Shown: one piece after another, positions 14,299 through 28,863 of the stretch | Position numbering within the stretch: the first letter of the stretch is position 1 | Layout: each line of letters starts with the position of its first letter | DNA from: Geosiphon pyriformis uo1 | Lineage: Eukaryota; Fungi; Glomeromycota | Direction of reading: 5' to 3' | Assembly (NCBI GenBank): GCA_016748015.1 | Contig: JAAOMT010000294.1 | Coordinates: forward strand, 350,541 to 414,540 | Length of the DNA stretch: 64,000 bases | Made by a program: the position numbers and the translations under genes | Notes under the pieces: model-generated | What the model was told of the DNA's origin: nothing | Database searches by the model: none | Seen by the model: the letters and a program-made list of their open reading frames with translations, nothing else

Positions 14299-14308
14299 AA
14301 AAACGTGC
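14299..14308 (-). promoter_or_regulatory. Candidate Pho4-type E-box (GCACGTTTTT) about 320 bp upstream of the PHO84 ATG
   Basis: Plus strand aaaaacgtgc; CACGTT is the known low-affinity Pho4 site of yeast PHO promoters; a short motif that can arise by chance. Confidence 0.45.
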
Positions 14309-15783
14309 AAAATGTACCCTGTTCTAGAATTCCAAATGAAATATTACAGCCCCAATCAAATCATGATGATTTAGCATGTCGATTTTTTTTGCCTTGTGTG
14401 TGACAATCCCTGCGTTTGGACAACTGATATTGCATTGTGTATCCCAAACTTTAAAAATAATGGATGACAAAAAATGAAATTCACCATTCCAAGGCTTTTG
14501 CACTGATAATAATTAACATTTCCCCGAGTTCTTGACTAATTTCATAAAAAGTCAACCAGCTTGAGAGAGAGAAAGAGAGAGAAGGATGAATAAAAAATAA
14601 TAACTGTCTTAGAATATCAGTAAAAGAATCGAGGAGTTGTGGATTACTAATATTGAAAGATTGAACTTTTTTGCTTATAATGCCAAAAATACCTGGAAAT
14701 CAGATAAATTTAGTGATGAAAAAGTAAAGGGATAGTTTTAGATGGAAAGAATTGGTTTGTGAAAATATATATTATGTAACTAGAAGATCCGGGCTCATTG
14801 GTATAGTTTAGTTTAAAGCGCATGAACTTTATGCACGGGGAAAATTTTAAAATTTTTACTACATGGTGCTTGGGCGCTTTAACACCTAATTTGATTGACC
14901 TTATTTTATGCACATGGAAACAAGGTTTAACATTGTGTAATATAAAAGATCTTCCAGAACTCTTAATTAATTTAACTTATCTGAATCAAGATTTTTTTCA
15001 TGCAAAGATTTAAAATAGTAAAACAAAATTTTAGATTACTCGAAAACTTGATTTTTTAATCAAGATCGAATTTCTTTATTTCTTAGTTTTGTGTGATTAT
15101 AAAAATTCCTTGAAAAACTGATAGTATATCATTTTTTTACCTTGTTTACCTTTTCAGTTGAACGAATTAGCTTTTGACAGTGAGAAAGGGGAAATTTCAA
15201 ATTGGGGACTAAAAATTGTTTACATCATCTGATTGACTAATAATTAGCTTACGATGTGTCTCATGGTTTTTTTTATTTTATTTTTTGGAGATTTGTAACA
15301 TTATTTAACATCATCTTGTTATAATCAAATATTTAGATTTTGTGAATGTTCAAATCTTTTGATGCTCACCTATTTTTATTTCAAATAATATGTCGTAATT
15401 TGTGATCAATTAATATTTAGTGAAATGTTCTAGGTTATTTTTGGAAAGATTCTAGAGAAAAATTAGATGATTTGTTTTCCAGTAAAGCGTGGAGAAAATT
15501 CCCGATAGTTTTTTAATTAGAGTTTCAAAGAATTGCGCAGCACCATTTGAATATGCATATCAAAAATATACCAATATCCAGTATAAAAATTCGGTGATAG
15601 TCACACCTGTACTTTAAATATTCTAAATAACCATCAATTTTAAACTTTGATATTACTGAAAAATTATGTTCTTCCTAATATAACTTTTCGCTCTGTTGCT
15701 GTTAAATTTTTCCCACTTCAAATGATATATCCAATTTGATGATATAAACATCTTTTTTGAGTGCATCTTTTTTATGAACAAAT

Positions 15784-15826
15784 ATAAAAATAAAAATAAA
15801 AATAAAAATAAAAATAAAAATAAATA
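15784..15826. repeat. (TAAAAA)n microsatellite
   Basis: Direct reading. Confidence 0.85.
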
Positions 15827-16558
15827 AACAAAAATACACAAAAATATAATGTTAGTTTAATGTGGGGGTTTAGCCAATCTTAATTATGTTTCAGAGGTTC
15901 AAATGTTCTATTAAAAATTTGTTAAATAATTCTATGCATATTAAATTACAATCTTAACGAATTAAAATACTAAAGAAAATAATAAAAAATACATGCATAA
16001 GTTTTCGCAAGGAATTTTGAAATTCTATCAAAGAAATGTTTAAGTTTAAAAATATGGTAAAGCCAATAAAAACTTGGACATATCTCATAGCGAATATTAG
16101 AAAACCAACTCTGAAGGGTTCTATTAAAGTTGTAAATCCTGATTTGATTTCGGATCCACACAAATCTGGCGTACGTAAAACAAGAAAATTGTCCGAAAAT
16201 GGCAAGGACTTGTAGTGAGTGTGACATTAGAAAAAAAGTGAATAACGTTCTGCGAATCATTGATTCGATAAATAGCATGCTGTTAATTTTCATTGTTTTT
16301 TTGAGCCATTTTTAGGCGTTTTACTCTTTAATAAATTTAAATTTTTTAATTTGAAACGAAATTTAAAACTTCCCAAAAAATTGAAATATTAAGTCCGAAA
16401 TAAATAATTAAAATGCTTTAATCAAGTCTGAAAATAGTTTTATTTTTCTCCATAAATTCTCGTTGTGCGTAAAAAAATTTGTTGCTCTAACCTTCAAAAA
16501 TTTTAATAATCAGAGTATTTTGTCAAAAAAAATTTTTGTCCAATCTTTTATTTTCATT

Positions 16559-17455
16559 ATGAATACAGATTCAAGTATCGAAGCATGGATTGGTTTAATA
16601 GTAGTCAGTGCAGGATTGACACTTACCATAGAATCTGCAGTACGAATGTATCTCCAAAAATCAAGACCTGCTAAATTTTTTCTTTTTCTCTTAATCTGCT
16701 TTTTGATTTTTATGATAGGAATCAATACAATTGTTCGAATTTTTCTTTTGAAATTTCAACAGAACAAAAATGTTCACATGATAACGAAAACTATGAACGA
16801 TTTCTTAAATATTTTTACAAAACCTATCATCCTTTATCTTGCACGATTAAGGTGTAAATCAGTTTATAAATTATGGGGTAGATTTCCATGGCTTCATTTT
16901 ACCTTTTTTGGATTTTGCATTGCTCAAATTGTTTCAGGTTTGAAAAAAATCTTTTTTGAAATTGTTCATCATGGTCAGTTGACAGCATTTTTAATTGTAT
17001 TGTAAATTTGAAATATTCAGTTTTCATAGGTGATCTCATATATATTGGAAAATGTAACTTTGACATGGAAGATCATCGTTGTGATCATCTTATCATTTTA
17101 AAGACTATACGTGATGCATTCGCCCCATTCCCACAAATATATTACATGATATCTGAAACAATTTTCTTCATAATTTTTTTTAAAGCTCTGAGAACTTTTA
17201 CTAATTCAAAAGTCGTTGAACAAGAAGCGATAATTCGTTATCGATGCTTCCAAGCCATTATTTTTGCAATCGATCTCTCCTTTATAATGTTTATTATTAT
17301 TTATCGAATTGCAAGCATCTTCTTTCCTTCGCTTCCGACTTATGATTACGTTGATGAATTTTTTACCGCTTTCACCGTCTTTAACATGACACAATTCGGA
17401 TTGACCTTACCACGACTTTTCAACAAGAATATCAAAAATCATTCCTCCTCTCCTC

Positions 17456-17492
<37 letters not shown>

Positions 17493-17619
17493 TCATCATC
17501 ATCATAATCATCATACTTCTTTGCAGGTTGAAGAAAAGAATCAGAAATCGAGCTTCAAGGATGATCAAGATCTTCCTTCTGTTTTGGGATCTACCGTAGT
17601 AAATTCAAATATCGTATAA
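16559..17619 (+). CDS. Orphan seven-transmembrane (GPCR-like) protein with polyQ/polyH tail; 2 exons
   Basis: ATG at 16559 in ORF 16463-17005 joined through an intron (~16938-17029) to ORF 17008-17619; seven hydrophobic segments; two Cys in the TM4-TM5 loop; CAA/CAT run at ~17455-17514. Confidence 0.75.
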
Positions 17620-18331
17620 GACCCCAACTTTGGATCAGACCTACATATCGTTTTAGATTACTATATAGATGTTCGCCTTTTTTTAAAAAAAAAAAAATGT
17701 TAGATTAATTGTTCGACTTAATGATACTATAGAAAAGAACTTTAAAAATCGATTTTTCGATTCGTATATTAGGATTTTTTTATGAATTAGAGATGAAATT
17801 TTCGAACAATAAAAGCATAATCAAATTTTCAAATTAACCTAGAAACGCTAAATTATAAATTTGGATAGGAGATATAATATATAAATTTTTTCTGGCAACT
17901 GTCCAATGCCAAAAAAAATATTAATATTAATATTTTAATTCCAACAAAATAATCATTAATTAATTTGGGCATTGAAAACATTTTGACCAAAAAATATGCT
18001 CGAAATTGTGAATTTAGACAAATGAAAAGCATCCCCTAAATAACTCAACTATTTAATAATTGGGTATTGAATCAACGTGAATTATAAAACACTTTATATA
18101 TGACGTTCAAATTTAGCCCTAGGCAAACCGAATTTCAGTGAATAAAATTGCCAAACCAAAATCTTTTGCGTCGAAACGCCTCAAGAATCTAACGTTTTTT
18201 TTTTAAAAAAAAAAATTGTTTTCAAATACTTGGTGATATCCAGTTTCCCAGTTTTTTAAATCGTGATAATTAAAAAAAAATTCATAAAAAATAAATAAGG
18301 ATATGATAATTTTAATGTAATATATAAAGTT

Positions 18332-20443
18332 TCAGAACAATTCCACAGCGTCAACACTCATAGCACGTATCGTGCGTTGTTTTATACTGCCTGTTCGAAA
18401 TTGAGCATTTGCAAGTTCCTTCTCTTGCCTTTTTTTTGTCGCTTCCGCTTGCCAGCGTAGATCTGGAGCGTTGTAAAATAAAACCAGGAAACCAGCAACC
18501 AAAACAAAAATTCCTTCAAACCATAAACTTTTGGTCATCTTCAAAGACTTTTCTTGTTTTTGGTCGCGAAAGTAATCCATAACTAGCGTGGCCATGGTGC
18601 CAAATAATCCACTGCCAGTGTATAATAATGTCGTTGATGTATTTGCTGATATTGGATACGAACCTGTGAAAAATACTTATTATGATTTTACGCTACGAAA
18701 AACTTTTTTAAAATATTTTCAAGAAAAAGAAAATACTTACATTCTACTCCCAATTCTAAAAATATTGGAATTAAACTGAGATGAAGAAAACCGATTGCAC
18801 AGCAAATTGCTCCAATGACATAAAAATTATTTTCCTTTACTTTGGGATTAAATTAAAATTAAAAAGTTAAATTGAAATGGATAAATAACCATAGGTAGAA
18901 AGAATTTTGGTAGTTATAGTTACCAACAAATATAAGCATAAAGAATGATATGCCAATTAAAGGAGCGGCTGTTTTGAGAACAAATTGATGAACATGAAAT
19001 TTATCAATTATATAGCTTACGATCCCTGCACCTAAAATTCCTGACATGATCATAATCGCACCCACATTCCCTAAAATAATTTGAAGAGAATATTTTTCAC
19101 GTCATTAAAATAATTCAAGCTCAAAATTATAATCTAGAAATTGCATACCTGCATCCTTCTCAGTATAACCATAAAGAACAAAAGTTACACTTAACAAACC
19201 CAATATAGCAGTCCGAAACCCATTTATAGTTGAAAATGAGAATAAAAGGATGAGAAAATTTTTATCCTTAATAAGCTTTTTTACTCCTGGAATACTTTTT
19301 TCTGTAAGAGATAATGCTGCGTATGAAGGTGGTGTTTTTGGCTTATCATGCATCAATATAATTGGCAAGATTAAGATCAAAGCAATCACGGCGGACACTA
19401 AAAGCTGTACAATATAAAAAGCGTTTAAAGCAAAATTGGAAATTTTCACTACAGCTGGGATGCTGAAATATTACCACAGCAGGAACCCTATTATCAAAAG
19501 TTCCAAGTAAAGGAACAATGAAAAAGCTAATGGCTCCTCCAACAGGGCTTGCTGAAATTTTTTTAATTAGTCTAAGTCAAACGACAATCATTAGCAGATT
19601 AGAGATTGGATTGGTTCACTTACCAATTGATGCTATCATCGTTGCCATTGTTCGTTCTTTATCGTTGAACCAAGACATTGCGTACTTTCATTATGAATAG
19701 AAAAATTGAGTAAAGTTAGAATATCAATATTAAATATGATGTTTTCTAGTTTCAAGCAATCTATTTACCCTTGTTGATGTAATCTGAACAAATGGGTTGG
19801 CCATTGCACATATTGTCTAAAGGATAGTGAAAAGAATATTTATTTGCCTATTAATAATATAAGAGGATCTTCGAAAATTCATACCTGGCCCGTGATTACT
19901 AAGGCAAATCTAGTCGAATTATTGTTTGACCTGATTGCTGTATAACGGACTGTTGCACCAACACCATTCAATATAGCCCCTATCAAAAGCTAAAAATAAA
20001 TGAGTTTCACGTATTTTCAAGAAAAAAAAAATAAATTTGAAAATTTATTACCCGATCGTTCAAGAAAAACCTTTACTTACTGCTTGCTTTACTCCATATT
20101 TATTGAGAATGGAATTGGAGAATGGTGGAATAATTATATAAACTAACATATACTCCGTCGCCAATATATTAATTGCCATTAACGAAACATCAAAGTAATC
20201 CGCTGAAGTATTTGCAATCGGTGCAAAGCTGAAGCAACATAATATAATTGACATGTTCAATAGTGCAATTACTGCGAGACCATACCATCGTTCAAAATAT
20301 ACGCGAAATGGAGGTTGCGTCGTTGACCAGGTGATTTCACGTATTTGCAAAGGAGAAGCAGATGGACTAATATGTCTATAGATGGTGGTAGAGTTTTTTT
20401 TCTCGTCTTTAGTACCGAATAAAAAAGATTTTTCAAGATCCAT
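18332..20443 (-). CDS. MFS transporter, FLVCR/MFSD7-like; multi-exon
   Basis: RVYFERWYGLAVIALLNMS, FSFAPIA, KPKTPPSYAA, LFYNAPDLRWQAE; hydrophobic exons with GT-AG introns. Confidence 0.85.
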
Positions 20444-20979
20444 TTGAAATTAAAATTGTGACAAAAAATATCAAGTTTTAAAACAAAATAAAATAATCGA
20501 ATAAAGTTGAAAAACTGACGTGAACTCAACAGGCTTTGAAAATGAACTTTTCTCGTTTTTTCAGAAAAAAGGTGATCCTTCTTTACCGATATTCATTCTG
20601 GAACGCGAACTTTCTGAGCCATAAGCTTGCATGGGCAACTATCCAACTGGCCACATAGTAATGATTCGTTAGAACAGGCTTAGGTTATAGATCAGCCACA
20701 ATATGTAATAAATCTCATTCTAATTACGATTTCACAGTTGAAATTCGAAATTTTAAAAAAGATCCAGGGCATTTAGTTCACTATAATTTTTCTTTCGACA
20801 AAAGTTCTTTATAAATTTCCCAGAATATCTGGAGGCTTTGCTGTTTACTCGAAATGAAAATATCCAGCTTTGAGGCGCTGTCCGTAAAAAATCTTGGATC
20901 AGATTATAAATTCTTGATAAATCCTGATAGATCTCTTAAACAAGAAATTTGCAAAAGATATTTGTTAACATATTTTTTA

Positions 20980-21430
20980 TGTATAAAAAATTGTTGCCGC
21001 AAGCAAAATGTCATATTTTTTAACAAGGCAATCCACCAGTCCATATGGCGAGAATTGCACAGAATGCTCTTACTACGGCAAAGGTGAAGAGTCTTTTATG
21101 GTTCGCCCATCTATAGTCCCGATTTGAATCCTATAGAAAATATTTGGTCAATAATAGAGTATAAATTGCGTAGTTATAGTCTACTAGTCTATAGAATTGC
21201 AAAAAATGATTCAAGAATGAGATTTAATTCCTCAAAAAATTCTATGGAATTTAGTAAAAAGTATGCCTACTGTTATTGAGGCAAATGGTGGTGCAATAGA
21301 TTACTACTATTTTTTATTTATCTTATATATATTAAATGGTGTGAGTACATTTATTATTGAACTTTCAGTAAAATCTATAAAAATGAAAGTGACGAATTAG
21401 TTTTGTCCCTATCCCTTCCTGTGTGTATTA
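20980..21430 (+). mobile_element. Tc1/mariner 3' fragment
   Basis: SPDLNPIENIWSIIEYKLR at ~21115-21170; VIEANGGAIDY at ~21272-21305. Confidence 0.8.
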
Positions 21431-22330
21431 ATTAAAATTTTAACATTTAATAATAATAAACAAGATTTATTTAAATAAAATATGCCAGTTGTTATAAATA
21501 ATATTTACTATACTTAAAATTTGTCAATAACAATAGAAATTTATTATTTTATAGTTTGTTTTGAAATTTTTAATTTAATTTTTCATAATATTAAATCTTT
21601 TTAAATCTTAAAAAATACAAATATTTTAAGCAACTATATATTTGCTAAAAATTCATAATATGTATTGACATCAGTAAGGAAACTTTTATTGTAAGTTTTA
21701 AAAGCATTGCAAAATGAGAAGCTCAAAGAATCTTTGCTTCTTGAACAAATATTATTCAGTTTAACAAATCTAAATCTAGTCAAGTTTGTTAAGATTATTG
21801 ACTGAAACAATTGTGGGCTACACATGTTACAAAAAAAAGAAAATTTCTAAATAATCCGGATTTGGATACATATAGGCCATACCTTCTGTTATTTTATCCA
21901 GCAATAATTTATAAAGGATCAACAGACTATTCCAAAGAAACTTACAAAATCTCAACAAATCGGTATGATTCGCTAATTAACACACTTACTTTATTCAAAA
22001 TAAAATATATTTTTCAAAAAAAAACTCTCACAAATCGATGCAGCATGAAATTACCCATGTATTCTATATTTATCTTTTAATAATTCATATTTTTTAATAC
22101 ATAGAAGCTAAAAAAAGCCTAAATACGTAAGATGTACGTTAATTGGAATTTTTTATGATATTATCATTGGTTGCAACTTTGAAACAAGAGGAACCAGGAT
22201 AAAACAAGCAAATTGTGTAACACTATAAGCAAACAACTTTCTTGTGTGGCTGCCTACTTTTTTTTCTTTGAACTATTTATAAGTGACTTATTAATCTTTT
22301 TCCTTCGAGTTATCGAATTCTATCACAAAT

Positions 22331-25300
22331 ATGTTAAAATTTCATTGGAAAATTTGGCAATTTTCGCCGCCAGCCATTGTTCTATTTATTATTTTGGCTG
22401 TGAAATTTTTGCGTACCCAGTGTAACGCTTCAGAGATCACTTATAGTGAACCAACTTCTGATTTCATTATGTTATCTGACTCTGCATCGTACGCGGATGG
22501 TACGATCCTTCTACATCTGCGTGGAGGAGAAAACATGACGGAGACGTTCAATGATAAGATCATATCGATTCGTCTAGTCTTTCCGAATGGAACTATTACT
22601 GCCCTAGACGTCAATACAACTTTAATCCCAAATTATAATGATACTTTCACAACTACATATGCTTTATCTGAAAATAATATCTTTATTACCTATATAACTG
22701 ATACTGAAACAAGGATTGGTAATAAATCTGCAATAATTAGTGATTGGTCTGGGAATATTGTTTATGGGTATATTTTTCTTTTTCGCAACTTAAATTATTT
22801 AGTAAATTTTGAAATTTAATTCCTTTTCCATTATTATTTAGTCCAATAATATTAACAGAATCAAATGTTTATAAAGAAGGACTTGTATTAAATACTAATC
22901 CAACAAAAGGCTTCCTCTGGGCTCAAGGCTTTGAAAAAAATGTGAAATGGTTTCAATTTACATCTCCGTAAGTTACTATAATTAATTTAAGATTTTCCTC
23001 GTTCTCTTATAATTAATTAATTCTAACTTATTTTATCTTTCAAAAGGGATGAAAAGGGCCATATTAACCAAATTAATAATGATAGCATATCTCTCGGTGC
23101 AAATATGAATTTAAATGTATTTCACCTCTTCCCAACAGTTGATGAAAATTATGGGGTTGCTCTGACTGCAAGAAATACTCGGAAAGTCACTTATTCGGAA
23201 GATAATTCAACAATTCCATTACAACCAGAGTGGTATACATTTGTATCCTTGGTGTACCCTGAGGTTGAACATACGAGTCAACCTTTATTAATATATCAAA
23301 CAAGTACGAATCTGAAAAGCTTGGAAATATGCGATTGCGGTTCTCATTATGATTCTAGCGGGTAAAGAAAAATTATGCTGTTGATTATTTCTCAAGTAAA
23401 AATTTTCTTTAAAACCACTAAATATTGATAATTGAATTCTTCTAAAAGCTATACATGTATTTTATTAGGTCAAGAGAATAAAGGAAATACAACGCTATCA
23501 GCTTTTATGAAGGTTTCTTTTTATTCATCTGGATCAATCAACACTATTGAACAATTTAATATTGAAGGGGATGGAAATAAAACTATTAACCAATCATGGA
23601 TATATAAAATCAGACCAATGTACTATGGAGGCTATGTGACAATTAACTTGAACTTAACCAACAAGAGCATCTTAGGACTTATTTACAATCGTAATGGTAC
23701 CTTTCGACAATATTGGTCATTGCCGGATAATATGCCACTTGATGAATTTGTTAGTCAAGGTGTTTTACCAAATAATACCCTGTGGTTAGCTTATCACCAT
23801 CTAATATCAAGTGAAACTTGGACATTAATATCAACCCCACTTCCTAGACTCATGGTTGATGGTAGGCAGTTCTTTGAAATTTTCTTTAAATAATATATAA
23901 TTTAATTAATTCATTTATTTTATAAAAAAAGATCTAGGCTTTGAAAATCCAAATATCGTTAATGTGGAGCCTTCCGGGAAAAAGATTGATATAATGGCAA
24001 CTGATCGGATAAATATTACCTATCAATATCCCTTAGCTTTATCAACGGCGAATATTTCAATATATCAATATCGGGATGGTGCCAATGATCTTCTCAGACA
24101 AACTTTCTCATCTCGATCTGATTTATGTACACTTATCAATAATACCTTCACTATTAGCTGTCAAGTTTTCCCAACAACATTTAACAGATGGAATACATCT
24201 TACTATGTATTAGTTGACAATAATTTTGTTAAGACTTCTGGTGTAAATGAGCCGCTCTATGGAATAAAAAGACACCGTTGGAATATCACAACTAAAGCAG
24301 GTAAAGCTTCTTTTTATATTTCTCACTATTTCTTGCAAATCTCTAGAGACTTAATGAGTAATTTATTTAATCAAATTAGAAACCTCAGACAACACATATG
24401 CTGGTATGCTAAACTATTCAGTGTTATCTATTTTTAGAACAGCCAATTCTTATATTTTCTCTATTTAAATTTTATATTTAGATTCCACAATGGCTTTGGT
24501 GAGACTTACACCAGAAGGCACAAGACAATTTAATGCTCTTCCCTCGCCTGGAAAAACCGAATTTGTGAAACAGCTACAATATCAGCTAGCTGAAACAATT
24601 CCCATTGAGTCGTCGCGTTTGAAAGCAACAAATCGACACCAAGCTGATGGAAAATCCAATAACCAGAGATTGTTACAATTTCAAGTACGATCTACAAAGG
24701 ATTTAGATGAGCTTAATGTGAAGGATATTATTTTTGCTGCAAATGGCTTGATCATGAATAAGAAAATGACAGCTCTAGCGAATTATAACCTTACAAACCT
24801 CCTAGATGAGCAATTTGGATTCCAGCAAATACGTAAGTATATGTTTTAATAAATTAATTACGTTTTTTCTAATTTTTAATATAATCAATTAACTTAACAT
24901 CTCTTCTTGATAAAGCAAATCTTTGGTATGAAATCAGATATAAATTAGCTATTGCTTCAGGATTTTTATTCCTCCTATTTATATCTTACCTAATAGCACG
25001 CAGGAAAAATAAAGAGGTAAGCTAAGCATAGCATTCTTTTTATCTAAAATTAAGCTTCTAAGCAAAGCTATCATTAAAACAATTTTTTTAGGCCAATAAT
25101 ATTGTTATTTTTCGATTCGCCCTCGCTATTGTTGACTTGGTGTTTGATACCTTATTTATTATCGAGAATAGCAGAGACGTCCCTTGGCTTTATACTCCGA
25201 GGTAATTTATCGATTCGCATTTGTGTTTAACTCAAATCATTATATACAATAATTTTTTTTTCATATATCAACACAGTATAATCTTTTTTGCTTTACCGCT

Positions 25301-25808
25301 TGGATTCAATTCCACCTGGGCTTTTATTATTATGACTCAACAAATAAAAAATGATGAATTTAATAAATGGTTCAGAAAATGGAATAAAGTCGCTTCAGCT
25401 TTTACAATTTTAGCAAGCTCTAATGTTGAGGTTTTGAAGATCTTATCCTCACAACTTTTCGGATTCGACATGTTTAGCGCTCCGTTTACTGCTAAGACCG
25501 AGGTGTGGATATTTTGGGGCTCAACAGTAAATATCTTGATTGAAGATGTTCCACAACTTTTAATTCAGGTTAGTTTCAAATAAATATTTTTCCATTCCTG
25601 AATTATCTAAATTTAAAATATTCGTTATTAAATTGCCAATTTTTAGATATTATATTTACGTTCGACGGTATCATATAGTATAATTCCATTATCAACACTT
25701 ATCGTAACTTCGGTTGTATTACTCAATAACATTATTAGTAAAACTTTTGACTTTGTCATAGTAAATTGTGGGCGTCATCTATATCGCCAAACATCATCCA
25801 AAATTTAG
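22331..25808 (+). CDS. Large membrane protein: signal peptide, long N-glycosylated beta-rich ectodomain, C-terminal multi-pass domain with EDVPQLLIQ; about 11 exons
   Basis: Same-strand ORF pieces (22331-22819, 23105-23365, 23432-23893, 23964-24437, 24490-24849, 25221-25583) separated by short GT-AG introns; last exon ILYLRSTVSYSIIPL...SSKI* ends at 25808. Confidence 0.8.
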
Positions 25809-26649
25809 TTTATAGACAAACTTTGGAACTCTTGCATACATTTCTGATCACAAAACATTTACACAATAGAATTTAGCTAGTCTATCATTAAGTTAACAAA
25901 AAATCGAAAACAAAATATTACTTTAAAAATTTACAAACCTAGACAAAGTGAACCTTTAAGATGAATTACAAAAATAAGTTTCTTATTTTTTAAGCTAATT
26001 TTAGCAAATACAATTCAAGAAAAAAAATAAAAGATTGATGTTAATCTAAAGTAAAGAAATGCTAAAAATATAATTAGGTTTTTATTTTCAAGGTTTCAGA
26101 TTAATTTAAATACTTTTATATAGCTTTGAAAATTTTATTTATTTAATTAATAAAAAAGCAAACAATCAAGTCAACAATTTAGATATTAATCAGGTCATTG
26201 ATTAATCAATATTTGAGTCAATGACTAAGTTAAAAATTAAGCTATTGATTACAAAATTTAATAAACTTGGTTTAATTTTAAAAAAGCTATTACTAAGAAA
26301 ATATCTGTTTAAATGATTTTTATAAATTGATTATCATTTATAATACTGTAATTTAAAATTTCTATAAAATACAAGTAAAAATTGTCTTTAACTTATTATT
26401 TTCTGGTAAAAGTAATCTTAATTATTATTGATTATGATCTACCAACGCAGTCTTCAAACACCATTTGATCGATATCGTCAATAGAGATTATTATGTATCG
26501 AAAAGATTTGTTAATTTCTGATATTTTAAGAAATTTTATGAACCTTTATATTATTTAATATATTATATATTTACGATCCTATATAGAGTAAAAAAAAAAA
26601 TTTTTGTCATAAAATTGTTTTAACGAAATTAAATTCACTCATTTCTTAT

Positions 26650-28220
26650 TAGTCTTTTTGTTTTCTTTAATATTTAAGGAACAATGCTAGAAAAACCAAA
26701 AGATGATGGTGATGGCTAATGGAATATTGATTGATGGTGAAGATGAAGATGAAGATGAAGATGAAGACGATTCAAATGAGTTTTGATATTTCAATGGATG
26801 TTTTATGAGTTACAACGCGTTAGGTTTGTAATATTTTTTCCAATCAAATTTTATCGTGTCTAAAACAGAAACTTCCCAAACTGCTATCCATTTTTTTTAA
26901 TTTTAATACTTAAAAAAAAAATCTAGTTTTTGAAATTTTCGAAGTTATACACTTACATTGGAACTTAAAGCATTCAAAATTCACCTAATAGGATTTCAAA
27001 TTATTTGGAGCCTATATTGTTTTCGTTTCCATACCCCAAAAAATGATGATAGTATTATTTGGAGCTAATTGCATTTGTGTAGAGAAATAAAAAACAATTA
27101 TTGCTTCTAAAGTTTTGGGATCAAAAAGTTCTCACATTAAATGATGGTTACTTACTACCGACATCTTGATGCATTTTTCGAGATGATGGCACGTCCCCCC
27201 ACTGCAATCTTAAAAAAGTATAAAAATTAGCCTAACTCTTATAATATTAGTAAAAAGCTTTTTTAAAGCAAATAAATACCTTTTGATCCGGTAAATGTAT
27301 CATATACATATATGTCAGCCATACTGGAGAAATTATAAACGTCTTCGACAAATGCTCCACCAAAAACATACATTTTTCCATCGCTCAATAGAGTGGCAGT
27401 ATGTCTTATTATTGGCGCTGGCGAATTATTTTTTGTAAATGTCGTCCAGGTATTCAATATAGAATAATAAACCACTAATTCGTTTAGTAGAATTGTGCCA
27501 TTTTTTCCAGGGTTTGCATAATCTGACCCTCCACCAAAAAAATAAATTTTTGAGTCATTAAAACTAGTTACTGTAGAGTGTCCAAATCTGCGTGTTGGTG
27601 AAAAATTTGGGATCAGCCAAGTTTCAGATGTTGGATCAAATATACGCATTGAATTCGCAGGTGGTGGATTTGGAGATATATGACCACCGAAAATAAACAT
27701 TTCTTTAAATTCAGCACCACCTATGCTAGCTGAGTGTGATTCACTCCGCTGGGTATATTCAAATTCATTAAGCTTTCCCCAAGGTGGTGAATCTACTAAA
27801 AAAGGTATTGACATATCAAGTGCCCAGAGTTCATTTGTTACATATTGTAATGTGGTTCCATTAGCTGCAATATTGTTTCCTCCATACACATATAACCTAA
27901 TTATAGGAAAGAATGTTGAAATTCACAGATTCAGTTTATCTCTTTTTTGATCTTTTTCTATGAATTTCAAAGGATTTTACAGATAAATTTTTATTTCTTA
28001 TTACTTATGAGTACCATTGAATGTCCCCTTTAAATTTTGAAATCATATTTATCTATTTATACTGTTTTTAATGTGAAGAAAGTCTTATGAAAACACTAGA
28101 GACTTACAGTCGGGGGGTAAGGGTTCCCTCCAAATACTAAAGTAGAGAAGAGATGAAAATTAGAATACAAAAATAGATACATTTATTAAAGTGTTTCCTA
28201 ATTTTGTTGATTAAATGCAT
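26650..28220 (-). pseudogene. Kelch-repeat membrane protein pseudogene (inverted paralog of 29433-31293)
   Basis: Exon 1 frameshift to TAG (MHLINKIRKHFNKCIYFCILIFISSLL*), altered exon-2 donor, extra G at ~27195, TGG>TAG at ~27013, GAA>TAA at ~26811, deletion in a 3' exon; central exon 27263-27889 nearly identical to the paralog. Confidence 0.8.
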
Positions 28221-28822
28221 TATGAATCTGATTTCGTAAAGAATAGATTAATTTAAAATGATATCAAAAATTCTTGCACTTTATGACTTTATTAGAAAAT
28301 TTTTTAGCTTCGGGGAATAATTTAATTTAAAAAGATTGTTTTGAAAGTGATTTTAAAATTTAGCTTTAAAATTATTCCAGTAAATTTACTTTTAACTTCT
28401 TGTTCATGGTGTGTAGCATGAGATATTCTTATCAGCGGTCTTCTATTCCAGATAGAAACTGAACACACACTAATTTTGATATTGGTCATTATTATTATAT
28501 TTGGCTATCAAAAGTTGACTCGTACAAAGGATTGTGTTTATTTTACCGAAAAAGGCAAATTAATTTTATATATATATTAAAATAATAAGTTTAAACTGTT
28601 TTTTTACATAAAATTTTTATTAAATCCATTGATATTAAGAATGATCCTCTTATGAAACCTTATTACACGTCAAGCGAAGAAAAAAAGAATGAGAATTAAT
28701 TTTGGTGTATGTAAAATTTATTTATTAAAACTTGTTTATCTTTGAATTTTTCGTTAATAAAATTTTATAAAATTTATTTCAATATTATAAAAATAATATT
28801 AAATAAATAAGCTAATTTTTTG

Positions 28823-28863
<41 letters not shown>

